Origin: Thalia democratica
Taxonomy: Eukaryota
Assembly: GCA_965202585.1 (NCBI GenBank)
Contig: OZ241830.1
Span: 67,704,001-67,768,000, forward strand
Direction of reading: 5' to 3'
Length of the DNA: 64,000 nt
Positions 49,401-62,824 of the stretch are shown here, one piece after another (the first letter of the stretch is position 1; each line of letters begins with the position of its first letter). Below the pieces are notes generated by a model. The model was not told where the DNA came from, ran no database searches, and saw nothing but the letters and a program-made list of their open reading frames with translations. A program made the position numbers and the translations under genes.

Positions 49401-51873
49401 TAATACAAGAATATTTTTATTTAAAAAAAATATTTTAACATTTAAAAAATTTCAACATTCAAAGTCTTAAAACTCTTAAGGAACTATTCCTAAGAAAATT
49501 TGAGCCTTAAATTTTACAATTTTATAAATAAGATAGATATTTTGTGATTTTTACAATTCTGAGAAAATTGACAATGAAAAATTTGTAATTTTTTACAAAA
49601 AATAAAACATCTCAAATTCTAATAAATTTTTATAATACTAAGCAGTGGACGCATTACATGAAAAAGTAAAAATTAAGTTTTTGGAATTTTTCCTTGAAAA
49701 TTTGTAGGTAGAAAGTCAAGGTTCTAAACTAAACTGTTAAAAGAACTATATATATAACAACATTATTAATATTTTTTTAACAAATCTATCTACTTTAAGG
49801 TTTTTTTTTTGCTAATAAGTTTAAGGGCATAGGGGGGTCCTACATTTCATTTTTTTACTAAAAATAACATTGGATCTTATATGAAAGCTAAAAGTAAAAA
49901 CTGCAAGCCAGTTTTTATAGAATTAAAAAATATTATTTAACTTTTGAGATATTCTAATTTTTATAAAAAGTTTCGGATACAAATGTATGGACCTCAAGTT
50001 TTTCTAGGTCAATTTTCCCTGAATTTTAAACATCACTAAAAACCTATCTTCTCCTTCAATTTTTGAGATAGAGACCTTAAATTTTCAGGAAACGTTCCTT
50101 TTATAGTTTAAAAAAATTGAAAGTTGGTTATTTTTAAAATATTAAAAAAAAAAAACTTTAGATAAAAAAACAAAAAAATATAGTTGGTTTTTTTTTATAA
50201 AAATTTTATTTTTCAAAATTAAAAAAATTTGTAAATTTTTTCAAAATTTAATAATACACTTTCTTAGAAAACTGAAGAAGATTGCTTTAAAAATGAAGGA
50301 GGAGATAGATTTTAAGTGAAATGGTCTTTTTTTGTGTTTTTAGTTTGCGCCTTTCATTAGAAACCTATTAAGGTCACTGACTTTGGACTGCTCATATCTC
50401 AAAAAATACTTTAAATTTTTTCAAACTGTTAAAAATGTCTGATAGCTCGGATAAAACTCTATAAAATAAGATCAACTTGTAAAAATCAAGTAGGACCCCC
50501 CTATGCCCTTAAGCTTATTGTGTAAGTTAAGAATATTTCATATTCTTGTAATAATTCATAAAACTTCGAAAAGTTGAAAAACAATAGTATCAAGTAAGGA
50601 TGGGAAATGTATGACCTGCAGACCGAATCTGTTAGCAAACAGAAATCTGTGGCTGTGAAGTATTTTTAGCTTTGCAGAAAACAAATAAAATTAAGCTCTT
50701 ACTAACAATAACTATACAATTTTCTTTTAATTTATTTTTAGTACACAGTTGTTTTTAATGAACCAGTAATTTAAACAATTAGTTTCAAACATTTTTTTTT
50801 CTTTGTGGTTGTAAAAATATTCAAAACTACATAGCCCACTAAAACTGCTTTTTAAAAAGTCTAGCCAAAGAGAGAATTTTTTAAGTAAATTTGTTCTAAT
50901 AACTAAAAAAGTTTTCCACCCTTATTACAACAGTACAAAACTTTCTTAGACAAAAATGTAGTATTTGTGCAAACCAACTATGATACATAAAAACAATGAT
51001 AATATTTATTTGACAAAACAAAACCAACTTGTTTTCATAGGAAGTAGAACACATCTGGTTGTATTCTTGCTGCTCAGCATAAGTGTATGTGGAGCTGACA
51101 GGCTTCAATTCCAGGCTGACTTCTGTTGAGTGTGGCTCCTCTGCTTGTGAAACATCCATTTGTTCTTCACCTTCTTATTGATATTAAATTTATTAGATAA
51201 GTTTACTAACTATTCTTAAATTGCATTAGTAAAACATTTACTATATACATTAGTATTTGTGTATATTGTTTTATTAAAACAACAATGATCAAATATAAAA
51301 AAATGTTTTTTCTAAATATTTAAACTGTAGTAGAGAATTTCTGTACAGTATTTTTCTCTGAATACTGACCACCAAAACTGTCAAATTTTGTTATTAAAAC
51401 CAAGTGCATGCAGTTTTTGAAACAATAGTTCTAAGTGTACCTCTAATATATAAATACTTTAAATTATCAAAAATGTGTATTTGCTTTATTAAGAAGAATC
51501 TAAAAAATAATTGCAAACAAAAGGTATGCCGGCCAAAAAATTAGTTACCCCAAAAATCACATATTTTTCATCTTAAACAGTAATAAAATCACTTATACGT
51601 GTTCTATACTTATAATTTATATCTTAATGAAAACTTATACTTATTGATATAGACTTAAAGATATATTAACTGCTTTTGATGTAATATGACATCATAATCA
51701 CCCTAAATATAATTCTTTGTCTGTAAAATAATGATTTTTGAAATATTGAAAAGCATAGCTGGTCAGTGATTTTATTAGAAAAAATATTGTAAAAAATAAA
51801 TTTTTGGGTATATTTACTTACCTTCGAAAGTTAGGTGATGTGGTGTGCATGTCAACGGCATACTTGATGACAT
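40488..51873 (-). CDS. GTF3C3: General transcription factor IIIC subunit 3 (TFIIIC102/Tfc4) homologue, N-terminally truncated, ORF intact (~679 aa)
   Basis: GT-AG exons joined in phase (5' to 3'): 51873-51822 (start uncertain), 51173-51029, 48474-48327, 47994-47925, 47537-47364, 46563-46280, 46195-46077, 45251-45176, 44463-44305, 42883-42702, 42395-42254, 41844-41737, 41313-41185, 40739-40488. Total 2040 nt with no internal stop. Motifs match recalled human GTF3C3: PIPIDLKSK (VPIDITVK), VWNIFNQV (LWNIFNQV), QESLYNIGRALHQIGLNHFAVHMYEEAL (QESFYNLGRGLHQLGLIHLAIHYYQKAL), DLRHEIAFNLSLMY (DLRRDIAYNLSLIY). The first two exons are least certain. Confidence 0.9.
43348..44170. mobile_element. Orthologous Tc1/mariner-type MITE in unit 2
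   Basis: Same TIRs and TA flanks. Confidence 0.85.
48614..48778. mobile_element. Small MITE-like element with ~25-bp inverted repeats
   Basis: TTCCACCCGCGCACAATTCCCACCC ... GGGTGGGAATTGAGCGAGGGTTGGAA, flanked by the 12-bp direct repeat CTGAATTTACCA (48589, 48784). Confidence 0.5.
49825..50508. mobile_element. Orthologous Kolobok-like MITE in unit 2
   Basis: TTAA|GGGCATAGGGGGGTCC ... GGACCCCCCTATGCCC|TTAA. Confidence 0.78.
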
Positions 51874-52989
51874 AGTTCATTTAGCTTTAAGTGTTTAAAA
51901 AACCCTTAAATAAATATTCAATTAGCATTAGAACAAATTAATGAGATATTAAAAAGTTATGATTTATTATGGGCAAGTTAATGTTGTATTGCATTAAACA
52001 TTAAATTAGTGATTGCAAAATAAAGACTTTACAAAAAAATAAAGAACATTGCAAAATAAAACAAAAATTGTATCATTTTGCATTAACACTTAACATTGTT
52101 GCAAATGACTGATACTTTTAGAAGTTTATTATTATTAACTATTATTATTATTAGTTATTTTTCAAACTCATTCATGAATATTTTGATAAGTGTGTCTTTA
52201 TTTAGCATTCACTCACTATGCACAAAATGGTTTTTTTATTTTCTACCTGCTTATACCAATGACTACAAAAACTGTATAGTTTTGGCAAAACGATTCAAAT
52301 TAAATAATAACTAAAATGATTTTGCAAAAGTTAAATTTAATGCTATTACCTGATGAGATAAAGGTAAATAAATAAATCTTGTACAAATTGTTAAGTAATG
52401 AACATATTTAAAACAAAAAGAAAACAATTTTGTAAAATTAAGAGTTAAAAGCTTAATTTATATTTACTTTTAAAGTTGTCAATGTAGTTTATACGAGCTT
52501 AATGAATTACTGTAGGTTAAATATTAAACAATATGTTAAACCAGTAATCGCCAATGTAGTAAAAAAGGTAGAAACTACAAAAAACTTTAAAAAGAATGAA
52601 TAATAAGAATGAAATTAAAACAGTTTATTTTTTACAAAACAAAAAGTTTAAGGTTTAACATTATGTAAAGTAAAAAGCATTTTATGTTCAAAAAAGCTAA
52701 AAACGACCCTGCCATGCTAAGATAGTGTTTCAATTCGTAGTTTTTATGAATTCTCTAAAGTCTTACATTTTAATGTGACATCACAATAAAATAGTACTTT
52801 GCAAAATATTTTTTTCAATGAATATTCTTTTGAGAAAAGCACTTGTAGTAAAAACACCTTAGATGCTGTAGGTGTAAAGTAACTCTTTTTTTTTTCTTTT
52901 TTATACTGTTTATGTGAGCTTTGTACAATACTTAAGCAAACTCTATTTGATTGTCAATATTTTTGAAGATAAAACTTGATGATTGTTGC

Positions 52990-53850
52990 TCATTTTATCT
53001 TCTAAAACTCTTATATTTCTACATTGTGTGAGTAAGTTTAAGAAAGCATTTGACCTAGTTTGGCATTCAACAGTCTTGAAAGTTTATGTTGATAATTTAT
53101 ATTATTTTTCTCATGCAGTACCTTTGAAGAAATTCTTTATTTAATCTTCTAGTTCATCACAGAATCATATATCTTTATTCATAAAAAGTGTGATAAGTTT
53201 TTATACTTACAAGTATGGCATGTACAGACAAGATCAATTGGCTTGAATGCACTTACTTGATGCAAAAAATCATCAAGAGGCTTTAAAAACTTGCATCTCA
53301 GTCTTTGAAATCTTTGAAACATCATTGTAAAAAGAAATGAGTAGAGAAAAATTCTAAAGAATTCTTATGAAAAATCTTTTGAACCTCTGTAAAATTTTTA
53401 AACTCCTAGCTTTTTTCAAAGGTCTTTATAAGTTGTAACTTTGGCTTTCTCCTACATCTTAAGATTAGGCAATGGATCACACTTTTTTGGATTCTGATTA
53501 TAGATGAGTACCTACTACAGCAGCTGTTGAGGTTAGTTTGTTTAATAGTTAATTAGATTGTTTTAATTTGTGCAAAACTTAGTATTTTTGCAAGGGTTAC
53601 CAGAAATACTAGTTGAATATTCAGTAACAAAGTTAAGGTTTTTTGGATATTTACAATAAATCTTGATATTTTGTCTTAAAGTTTTAGATTTTCTATTTAT
53701 TAATTTTTGAGTCCTTTTGTTACTATTAAATTTTTTGAGTTCTCATGCTTGAATAACATTAAGCTTTAGATGTTAATTAAGTTTTGCACAAATTCATATT
53801 AGCTATTCATAGAGTTGTATCTTTGGTTTATAAACATATATTTGTTTTGT
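52990..53850 (+). mobile_element. Unit-2 copy of the decayed LINE remnant
   Basis: TTTAAGAAAGCATTTGACCTAGTTTGGCAT (FKKAFDLVWH); colinear with 19137-20350 minus the duplication. Confidence 0.65.
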
Positions 53851-56053
53851 TGGGCTTCATTCTCCTAACATTACTAGGCTATCTTAAATTAAGAGAAAAC
53901 TTAAATAAGACTCAAAAATAAATAAAATCACTTAAAAGTAGCAACGTTTGTGCTAAACTTTATATGCTTGTATAAAGAAGTTTTTTATTCATGAATGAAG
54001 CCCAAAGAGACAGCAAGCTAATCTAAGTGTAGAAGTTTATTTACAACATAAAAATTAAGTTGGTTAGTTCTGATTGTATTAATGTAGTTTATATATTTAT
54101 AAATTAATGATTTGTAATAAGAGTTACTTAAAGTGTGCATAAAAGATAAGTAGGAAGAGTAATTATAAAACAAAAATATCATTAGTTTCAAAACTGTTTT
54201 AATTGTTATAAAGTTTTATTTATTTATTAAATTTTTTTACAAAAGAAAACAGTTAAACCATATCAGGAATAGGTTTGCTAGTAAACAAAATGTTCCAAAA
54301 TTTTAATTTTACACTCATATATTTACAAAGCAATTCACAGCAAGCAAAACTTAAAAGTTGTTAGTGCATATTTGTATGAGGTTTATTCTCACCTTTGTTT
54401 AATTTTTCTCTTCTTCTATCACTAACTTCTTTCATCTATCAATAATTTCTTTTGTTCATATGTTTGCACTAATAAGCATTTATCAACAACTTGCTGTGTT
54501 GTTTTTTATATATATGACAAATGTAAAGACTCAATTTTGGTAATAGTATAAATATACAGCCATAAAGATTTCAAATGATGCAAGTATTTGACAAACTTTG
54601 AAATGAACTACAGGCTAATAAACATATGTTATTGACACAAAGTAGTATGGTTTAACTGTTTTAGTTTGTAACAATGTATTGAAATGATAAGTTCAAAACA
54701 TCAAACACCTTTAATTTGTATGCACACTTTAAGAAACACACAAAAAGTTGTCTGGGATCAGTGATTAAACAAAGCAATTAAGTAAGCATTCAAAGTCTAT
54801 TAGTGAATATATAAAGTATACTAGTTAATAAGTAGTGATGGTAGTAACAGCGCAAACCTTTGTATTTATTAGATTGCTAAATAATTACTTTACAATGAGA
54901 CCAATTTAACTATCATGGATAAACTTTAGCTTAATAAGTTACATGTCAAGTAAAGTGATATCCTTTAGTAGGAACAGTATAAAACTGAAGTTAACAAGAA
55001 TATAAACAATTTTTTACAATTTTAAAGTTTTATTTGACAAAAATATAGTTACTACTTGAATCAAAGTAATTTTAACTGTTTAGATGAATCTCAAGTTGTT
55101 TTTTATTTTTGATTAATTTAAGTTTTATGCTGTTTATAAAAGGTTATCTAAGTAAAATCAGTTTACATAAGCAAGTTAACTGACTATTGTTTAAATATAT
55201 ACATAAAAAACAGTTCAATCATATAAATAGATTTGTCAATGTACACATTTAAAAGGTCTGTAGTTTCTTTCTTTTTATATTTGCTTTATTTTCTGTAATT
55301 AAAAAGTACACCTATCTATGAGGTTGATGAACTGTTTTCCATGTATATGTAAAACATTAGGTACTTAACCAGGATGATGTAGTATCTGTATTCATTTGTT
55401 TTTGGGTTTTAACCCTAACTTAAACATGTAGTTTTAACAAAATAAAGGCATCTATAAGGTACGCATTCTAAGTATTACGCACTAGTTTTTAATAACACTT
55501 TCTCTGTTATAAGTAAAGATTTTCTTTAAGTACTACGCACCCGCATAAGGTACGCACTAAATTTTTAATAACACATTATTTGCATTAATTAAATAGGTTT
55601 TCTAAAATAAGGTACGCACCCGCTTAAAGTACGCACTAAATTTTTCAGGCCCCCCACCCATTTTTTCAAAAATGGGGATTCCCCCAAACCGAAAATGTGA
55701 TGAGATTTTTTGATGGGGATTATTTAAATTTATTTTTTAAGGCATTTCGCCGGCTCTGCCGGCGAAAAATTTTTCATCTTTTCCTTTTCTCTTTTTCTTT
55801 ACGGCCTTTTTTCTTGAAGGCCCTCTTTTTCTGTCAAATAGACCGTGAGTAGCGTAACTGCCAAACAAATATACGTTATTGCGTTGTATTTGTACGGTCT
55901 TTATCTGTTATCTTTTACTAACCTTGAGCTTATGTGATCTAACTTATTGATGTATAACCATTAAAGGCCTGACGGTAATATCAGTTATAACTTTTTAGTT
56001 ATTGACTGAGTGGTTTTGTATTGATGAGTTTGATTAGTAAGTTTAAAGGTAGC

Positions 56054-56158
56054 GGACAAGAATTAAAAAAAAACAAAGGGCTACGGCCGGTCGATGACAC
56101 GGTGCTTCGCACCTGTCATCTCTCCGGCCTGCCCTTAGTTTTTTTTTAATTCTTGTCC
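56054..56158. repeat. Unit-2 copy of the hairpin
   Basis: Identical except for homopolymer lengths. Confidence 0.9.
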
Positions 56159-59100
56159 TTTAGGCCCGGTTACTCTGCTGGTCGGCACCACTTTTAGTTA
56201 TGACTTTGATGTACGAGTAAGTGTGCTAGTACTTATAAGTCATAACTAAACTTTCCTTTAACTTAACTAGAAGTTATAAGATATCACAGACTAACTTCAC
56301 TCTCCAGTGTATGAAAAATAGAAATCTTTGCAACATTGTATGTAGGAGATTTATGTAATTTAGATAGAAACAGCGCTCTAAAGTTTTACATTTCCCATTT
56401 ACATAAGTTAACATTTACGTCTTAATTTGTATAAATAAGTTTGGGTCATCATTTAAACTAGACACCAACAAATTACTGTTTTTGTCCACAATCTTCTATT
56501 AATTTTGTGATATTTTCAACGTTTACTTACATACAATTATTACGTCATAACCCGGTAGTTTCATACAGTATAAACTTAGTAATTTTTAATAACACTATAG
56601 TATATGCATACTATGTATTGGATTGTAGATTATTAAGTTTTGTTTTAAATTGCTCTATATTTTTAAGCTAATTAAAGCTTATACATTAATTAATACAGAC
56701 ATAAATAACACTAATTATATGTACATAAAAAGTATTGCATAAAGTGTATCAAATTAAACTAATAGATTTAAATATTAATGGCAATCAACTCTCAAATATT
56801 TTTTTATTGCTGCGTTTAACTATATACATAATGGCAGTTACCAGCTCTGTACTTTTAATAAATTAGAACAAATACCGTTACGCCAACTAATTCTTCTTTT
56901 GAGGTAATTATCTTTAGTTATTTTTCAACTAAATTTGTTTGAAATTATTTTTAAGTTATGGTTTAGATTGGAAAAAAATTGTTGGATTAGGTGTCAATTA
57001 TTTTATATTCGTGATTAAATATACCTTATTCTAACAATATTGAAATTAGATCCAATTTTTCTTTTAGTTGGTAGTTCATTATTTTGTTCGTATTGTTTTA
57101 AAGTTAATTAAAGTTTGTTTAAAAAATGTTCTCTCTGGTTTCTCTAAAACTAAAAGCGTTTGTTTGTGAGTTTAAAATGTTGTTACATGTCTATTTTGTT
57201 GTTTCGTAACTTAATTCTACTTCTAGCCCACTACAGTCAGTTATTATCAATCATCATCTTGTTGTGCTGGTTTGTATGATTATTTCAACTCTTTGTCTCA
57301 AACAATACTTATTTAACCTTCAAGTAATGATTACAGTTAAAATATACTTCCTATTTAAAAGCTTTTTGAGTTATTAAGTTAAGTTTCATGATCTATATCA
57401 ATTTTATTTAGGTATGCAAGCGTTATACGTGACTTTTTTAAACTGAGTGCATCTTAAACTAAAAATAGCTATTTTTTAAAAGCTTAAATATTATTATTAT
57501 ATTGTAAATATTCAATCCAGAAGCTATTTTAGTTTTGAGGTCTTATATTGTTACCTTTGAAAGTAATTTTTGTAGTGCCATTTAGCAATTAGATTTAGCA
57601 ATTTTCTAATAATGGCAGAGTAACATCGATTGTACCAAGCCCTGCTAGTTTTTTTTTTCATGAATGATATTCTTACTCGTCATTTAATTAGATCAAAAAA
57701 ACAAATTATTGTTTACTTGTACTTCACACTTCCGAGGTTACATTGATCAACCTTTGTGTATATTTTTCTTTGTAAAATATTCACACAATTTGCTTTAATT
57801 TTTCGTTTTTATGTTTTAGTCTGTTGTAATTACCTTGTTTGTTATTTATTGGTTGTTTATGCTTGCGAAGTATCACTTTATTTTATTCTTTATATTTTTA
57901 CTTTCTTCTTTAGCCAAGTTTAACATTAGGTCATACATTTTTATTTTCTGAGTAAGCTACGTGGCGATTCTTTTACGTTGTTTTACAAACTTTATTTTTT
58001 CTTCACAAGTGTGGAATTCAAAAGTATTTTATGAATTTTCTTGTTTAATTGTTCAGATAACCCGTTTAAAGTAGGTAAAAGCCCTAAATTTGAGCTTCAT
58101 CCTATTGGTCGAAGTACTTACTTAAGTACTGCAATAAAGTTAGTTTTAAGATTAAACATGCTTTCTGACTGAAGTACTAACTAATTTGTTGTATAGCTTG
58201 CCCTTACTAAAGAACTATACAAACACAGTTGTGCTAACATTTATGATACATTACAATTTAATTTTTTACAGTAAACATGCCTAAAGTAAACTTATAATTA
58301 AAGTGTAATCAGCTAGGTTAAAATTTTATAGTTTATACTTAACTGGTATTCTCGATTCTACGACTATTCTAAATTTAAAATTAGTGGGTAAAAGGTAAAG
58401 CTTAAAATATACTCAAATATGGTTATTTTACCGTAGTTTAAATACATTTCTTTACTTTTGCTTGTAAAATTTTACTTAAAGTCATTTTCATTAGACAAGT
58501 ATTGGTTTAGAAGTTGACATAACCCAAAGTAGAAAATATTATCTTATATTGTTATTAAATTAAGCATATTTTAATGAAAAACTCTAGAATTATCTCCCAT
58601 GTACGGTAATTTCAGTCAATTTTGACTATAATTCAATATCAAAACATATCTATTCTTTAACAATTGATCTATTTAAAAATTTAAACAAATTGTACAGTAA
58701 TCTTCCTTTATTGTACTAACATATGTTTCTGTGTGTTAACGAATCAACACACTTCAACTGGGTTCTGTAAAAATATAATTACTGTAATAAAAGAATAGAA
58801 GCATAGAGTAAAGTAGGTGTATACAAGTTTTCATTAAAATGAAATATTTTTTACAGATAATAGTTAATAATAGGTAAAATACTTAATATTAAATCCGACT
58901 TAATATATAAAACTATATAATATTTGTGATTATTAAGTCTAAAATAAGTAAAGTAAACTTAAATATTTAAAAATATAGTTTTCTTTCAAATGAAGTAAAT
59001 TTTGAAAATATTTTTTAGCCTTCGCTCGACCGGTAGCATGATTTATAAAGTTAAAACTTGAATAAAAATCGTGTATGTCTTATATTTTATGGCTAGTATT

Positions 59101-62100
59101 GTGTTTTTACTATTTTGATTGTACATCACGCAGTTTTCTTCATTTAATATTTAGTTTATTTAGACTGTTAACATGTTTAACAGTTGGTTTAAAAAACCTT
59201 TTGAATGATATCTCTTGAATTAGTCAAGTTTGATCATATTCTAACGTTTAAAGCTATTTGTTTTTATTTGTTAATTACTTAAGTTAAAAAAGTTAAAATC
59301 ACGACTTCATTTGATTGATTGTATTCTAAGTTTTTAGCGCTCTCATTCAGTTTTAATTAAAAAGTAAATTATATTGTACTTGAAACTTATTAGTAGTATT
59401 ATACTAAGACTGATAGAGATATCCACGCACAACATTTATATATACAACAAAGTAAGATGTATTGTAAAACTAACTTTTTCATGTAATTAAATATTTAATA
59501 TTCTACTCATTGCTGATTACGATTAACTGTACCAGGCTTGATCACTTTGTTAATATTAAACTTAACATTATAGCTTGTTGTTAACCGTACAGTAATTAAG
59601 TACTTGAACTTTCAGCATTTGTGTTTATTCTTCTTTCTAAAGTATACGTCCTTTAACACAATAAGCTTAAAGCTTTTATTTATAAGGTTTTGTTTTATTC
59701 TTCAGGTTTAATCTGTTGAGTTGCCTTGTTTAATAGGTTGTTTATGCTGCAAAATACTAAATATAAACAAATTGCTTTAAAATCTCATTAAAATATAAAT
59801 TTATTATATTTATGCTTTTACTTTTTCGACTAAATTAAACACTTGATCTTTATGTTACTCAATTAAGTTTTTTGATTAAGCTCTGTGGCGATTATTTTAC
59901 GTTTTTTTACAAACATTTTGTTTCTTCACACGTGTGGATTTTGAAATCAATTTGAAAGCTTTCTTGGTTAAGTAAATTTTGACTATCTCTACTTATTTTA
60001 TTGTTACAGGGTCCAGCTTCCTATTGTTTTAAAACTTAAATAGGATACACTCTTATTAACTCAATATATTTTCTTAGTAATACTAAATTTTTCAGCTGTA
60101 GTTAACATCAAACTAAATACATAGTTTGTAACTTTAATTGTCTTTAAATAGAAACTGAGCTAAAAATTTTCATATAGTTAAATTATTCTCCTTCATAGTA
60201 AATCGTACTCATAAAATTTGGCCACTCTTTAAAATATATACTGTTTTTCATAAGATTTTGTTAATTTTGTTATTAATTGTTATCATTAGCAAGTATTCTT
60301 ATTTAGTGAAAACTTGTTATTATTCTCTACTAATAATCTTCAAACTGCAGTCAGTTATTAGTGTTTTATTATTAGTTATCATCTTGTTGTGCTGGTTTTT
60401 ATAATTTTTTAACCTTATTTCATAAACAATACTTATTTAAAGCTTTGTCAGTTTTTCAGTCTAGTTTCACGGTTCAAATAAGTCTTCTCAGTTTTGTATG
60501 CTTTTAATGAGCGTTTGTTGGATTTACTATTCTAATTTTATGAAAACTAATTATAAGTCTTCTGCTTGTTTGGCATTTTCATACTTTAAAACAATAAAGA
60601 CAATTTGTTTTATCTGTGTAGAAATTATAGAGTTTCTCAAAACTGTTAAGTACGCATTTAAAGTAAGGTATGCTTATGGGCTTTATGTATGTACCCTAAA
60701 CTTTTAACCCTTTACTTCTTATTTGTTTGGTTTGTATATTAAGTTTAAGGTGTGTTTTTGTTATGTTTTCTAACCAACTTAAACTAATGTAGATATATTG
60801 TTAACAATCTTAAAGTTTAGGTTTAAGTTTTATGCTTTGTAGTAAATGTAATTGTGAGTGATAATTATCTCGTTTATAGTATTTACGTTTTTTAATAACA
60901 ATCTAAAGTACTCCTCATCAACTAATTTTAGTTATGAGCTTCGTTATTTGTATGATGCTTAATACCAAGTATATCTCTACGCAAAAAAACCTGTAATTTG
61001 ATAGTTATGTTAAGTTTGAGATGCTTTTAAACTTACTTTGGTAGCGGTCAAGTATTTTAGTCAATTATTATTGTTCAACTTTTAAGTATTTTACCCAAGT
61101 CTTTTTTTTATGTTTGCAATTAACCAAATTAGTTATGACTTGGAAGTACGAGTAAATGTGCTCAAACTTCCTAAGTGCAAATAAACTTAATTTCCACTAC
61201 AAGTTAAGATATAACATACTAATTTCACTCTAATGTTGTATAAAAGATAACAGATATAAATTACTCATGAGCAACTTGTTTTTAATTTATACTACTACAT
61301 GAATTAATTTCGTCTTAATTTTTTCCATATAAAATTGGAGAATTTTACAAATCACTTGCATTAATTATGCAAACTTTTCTTTTTCTGCTTTTTTCCACAT
61401 AAAGTTCTCGAATTTTGTTAATAAGCACCATGATAAATTTTTATTTTTTTGAGCTTGCAGATTATTACGTCATATTAAGGTAGTTTCCTTTAGATTAACT
61501 TACTATTTCTTACTTGTTATACATGCATAATATGTTTTATATAATGTTTAGGTATGAAATGCTTTATTGCCGAAGTATATACATGATACAAACATTAGCA
61601 GCACTAATTACATTAAGATTATAAGTAGTAATAGGTAATATTTATCTTAATTAAACTCTTGTATATAAATATTTACGGTTTTCAACTATTAGTTATATTG
61701 TTATTTTTAAATGTCAGACTTCATTAACAAATTATACACTTATTCATTGTTTAGTATTCCTAATATTACAATTTGATACACACATTTTTCTTACTTAGAC
61801 ATTTATATTCATGTTATATTACCTTACAAATCTAATACTCGAACTACAAATAAATCTTATGATTTTATCATTTATCATCATTTTGTTGCGCTGGTTTTTG
61901 TTATTGTTTCCAATGTTTTGCAATAAAATATATTTATTTTACTCTAAAATCAATGGATAACCTGTCTGTTTAAGTAAAATGTTAATAATTCGTTTCTATG
62001 ATTTTTAAAGTCTAGTTTTATGGTCTTTGTAAAATTGAATATGTATTTACACTATAAAAGTGTTCCTACCCAAATAAAAATAACAAATTGATAAAAATGT

Positions 62101-62824
62101 CATTTTAACCAACAACAATTATGCCAACTAAATAATTGGTTAACAATAGTTTTTGTAGTACCATTTAAACAAAGTTTTTATTTTGTATGTAAGATAACTG
62201 TATTGTCTAAATGGCATAGATTTACTTTCAATTAGCTTGAAAACATTTAGTATCCTCATATTCATATGTTTTTAATGCGTGTATATTTTCTTCAAACTTT
62301 ATATCTTATTTTTGCTTGCTTAGCCGTAATACTACTTACCTTTTAAAGTAATGAATCTACGTAGTAATATGTTTTTATCGCCGATCTTCTTTTAACATTT
62401 CTGACTATTTCTTACCAAAGTAAAATTCAAACTTTCATTAGTTCTTGTTTTTATATTTCTGTAACTATTTACGTTGTAGCATTCATTGTAAACAACACAA
62501 TTGTTTTTGCAAATCTTATGGGGTCGTAACCCATTGGATAAGTTTTAGTTTACAAAACCACATGGTTTAATAAACATGCTTTGCTTATGACTTACCTGAA
62601 AAAAACTAAAACTTGATCATTTTTTCGAAGATTATTTTATAACTTTTCTGCAGTTCCTCTCGAATTGATAGCGTTTGTTTATAAAGTCTAGTTCGTTAAT
62701 GTAGTTTAATTTTTTTTTTGTAGTATACTCCGTCCAAGTATAAATAAAATAAAGTAAATTTTCAGTTTTTGTCTTTGTTTAGCTTTTACTAGTCTTTCCG
62801 ACGATTTAAGTTTTAATTTAACAA

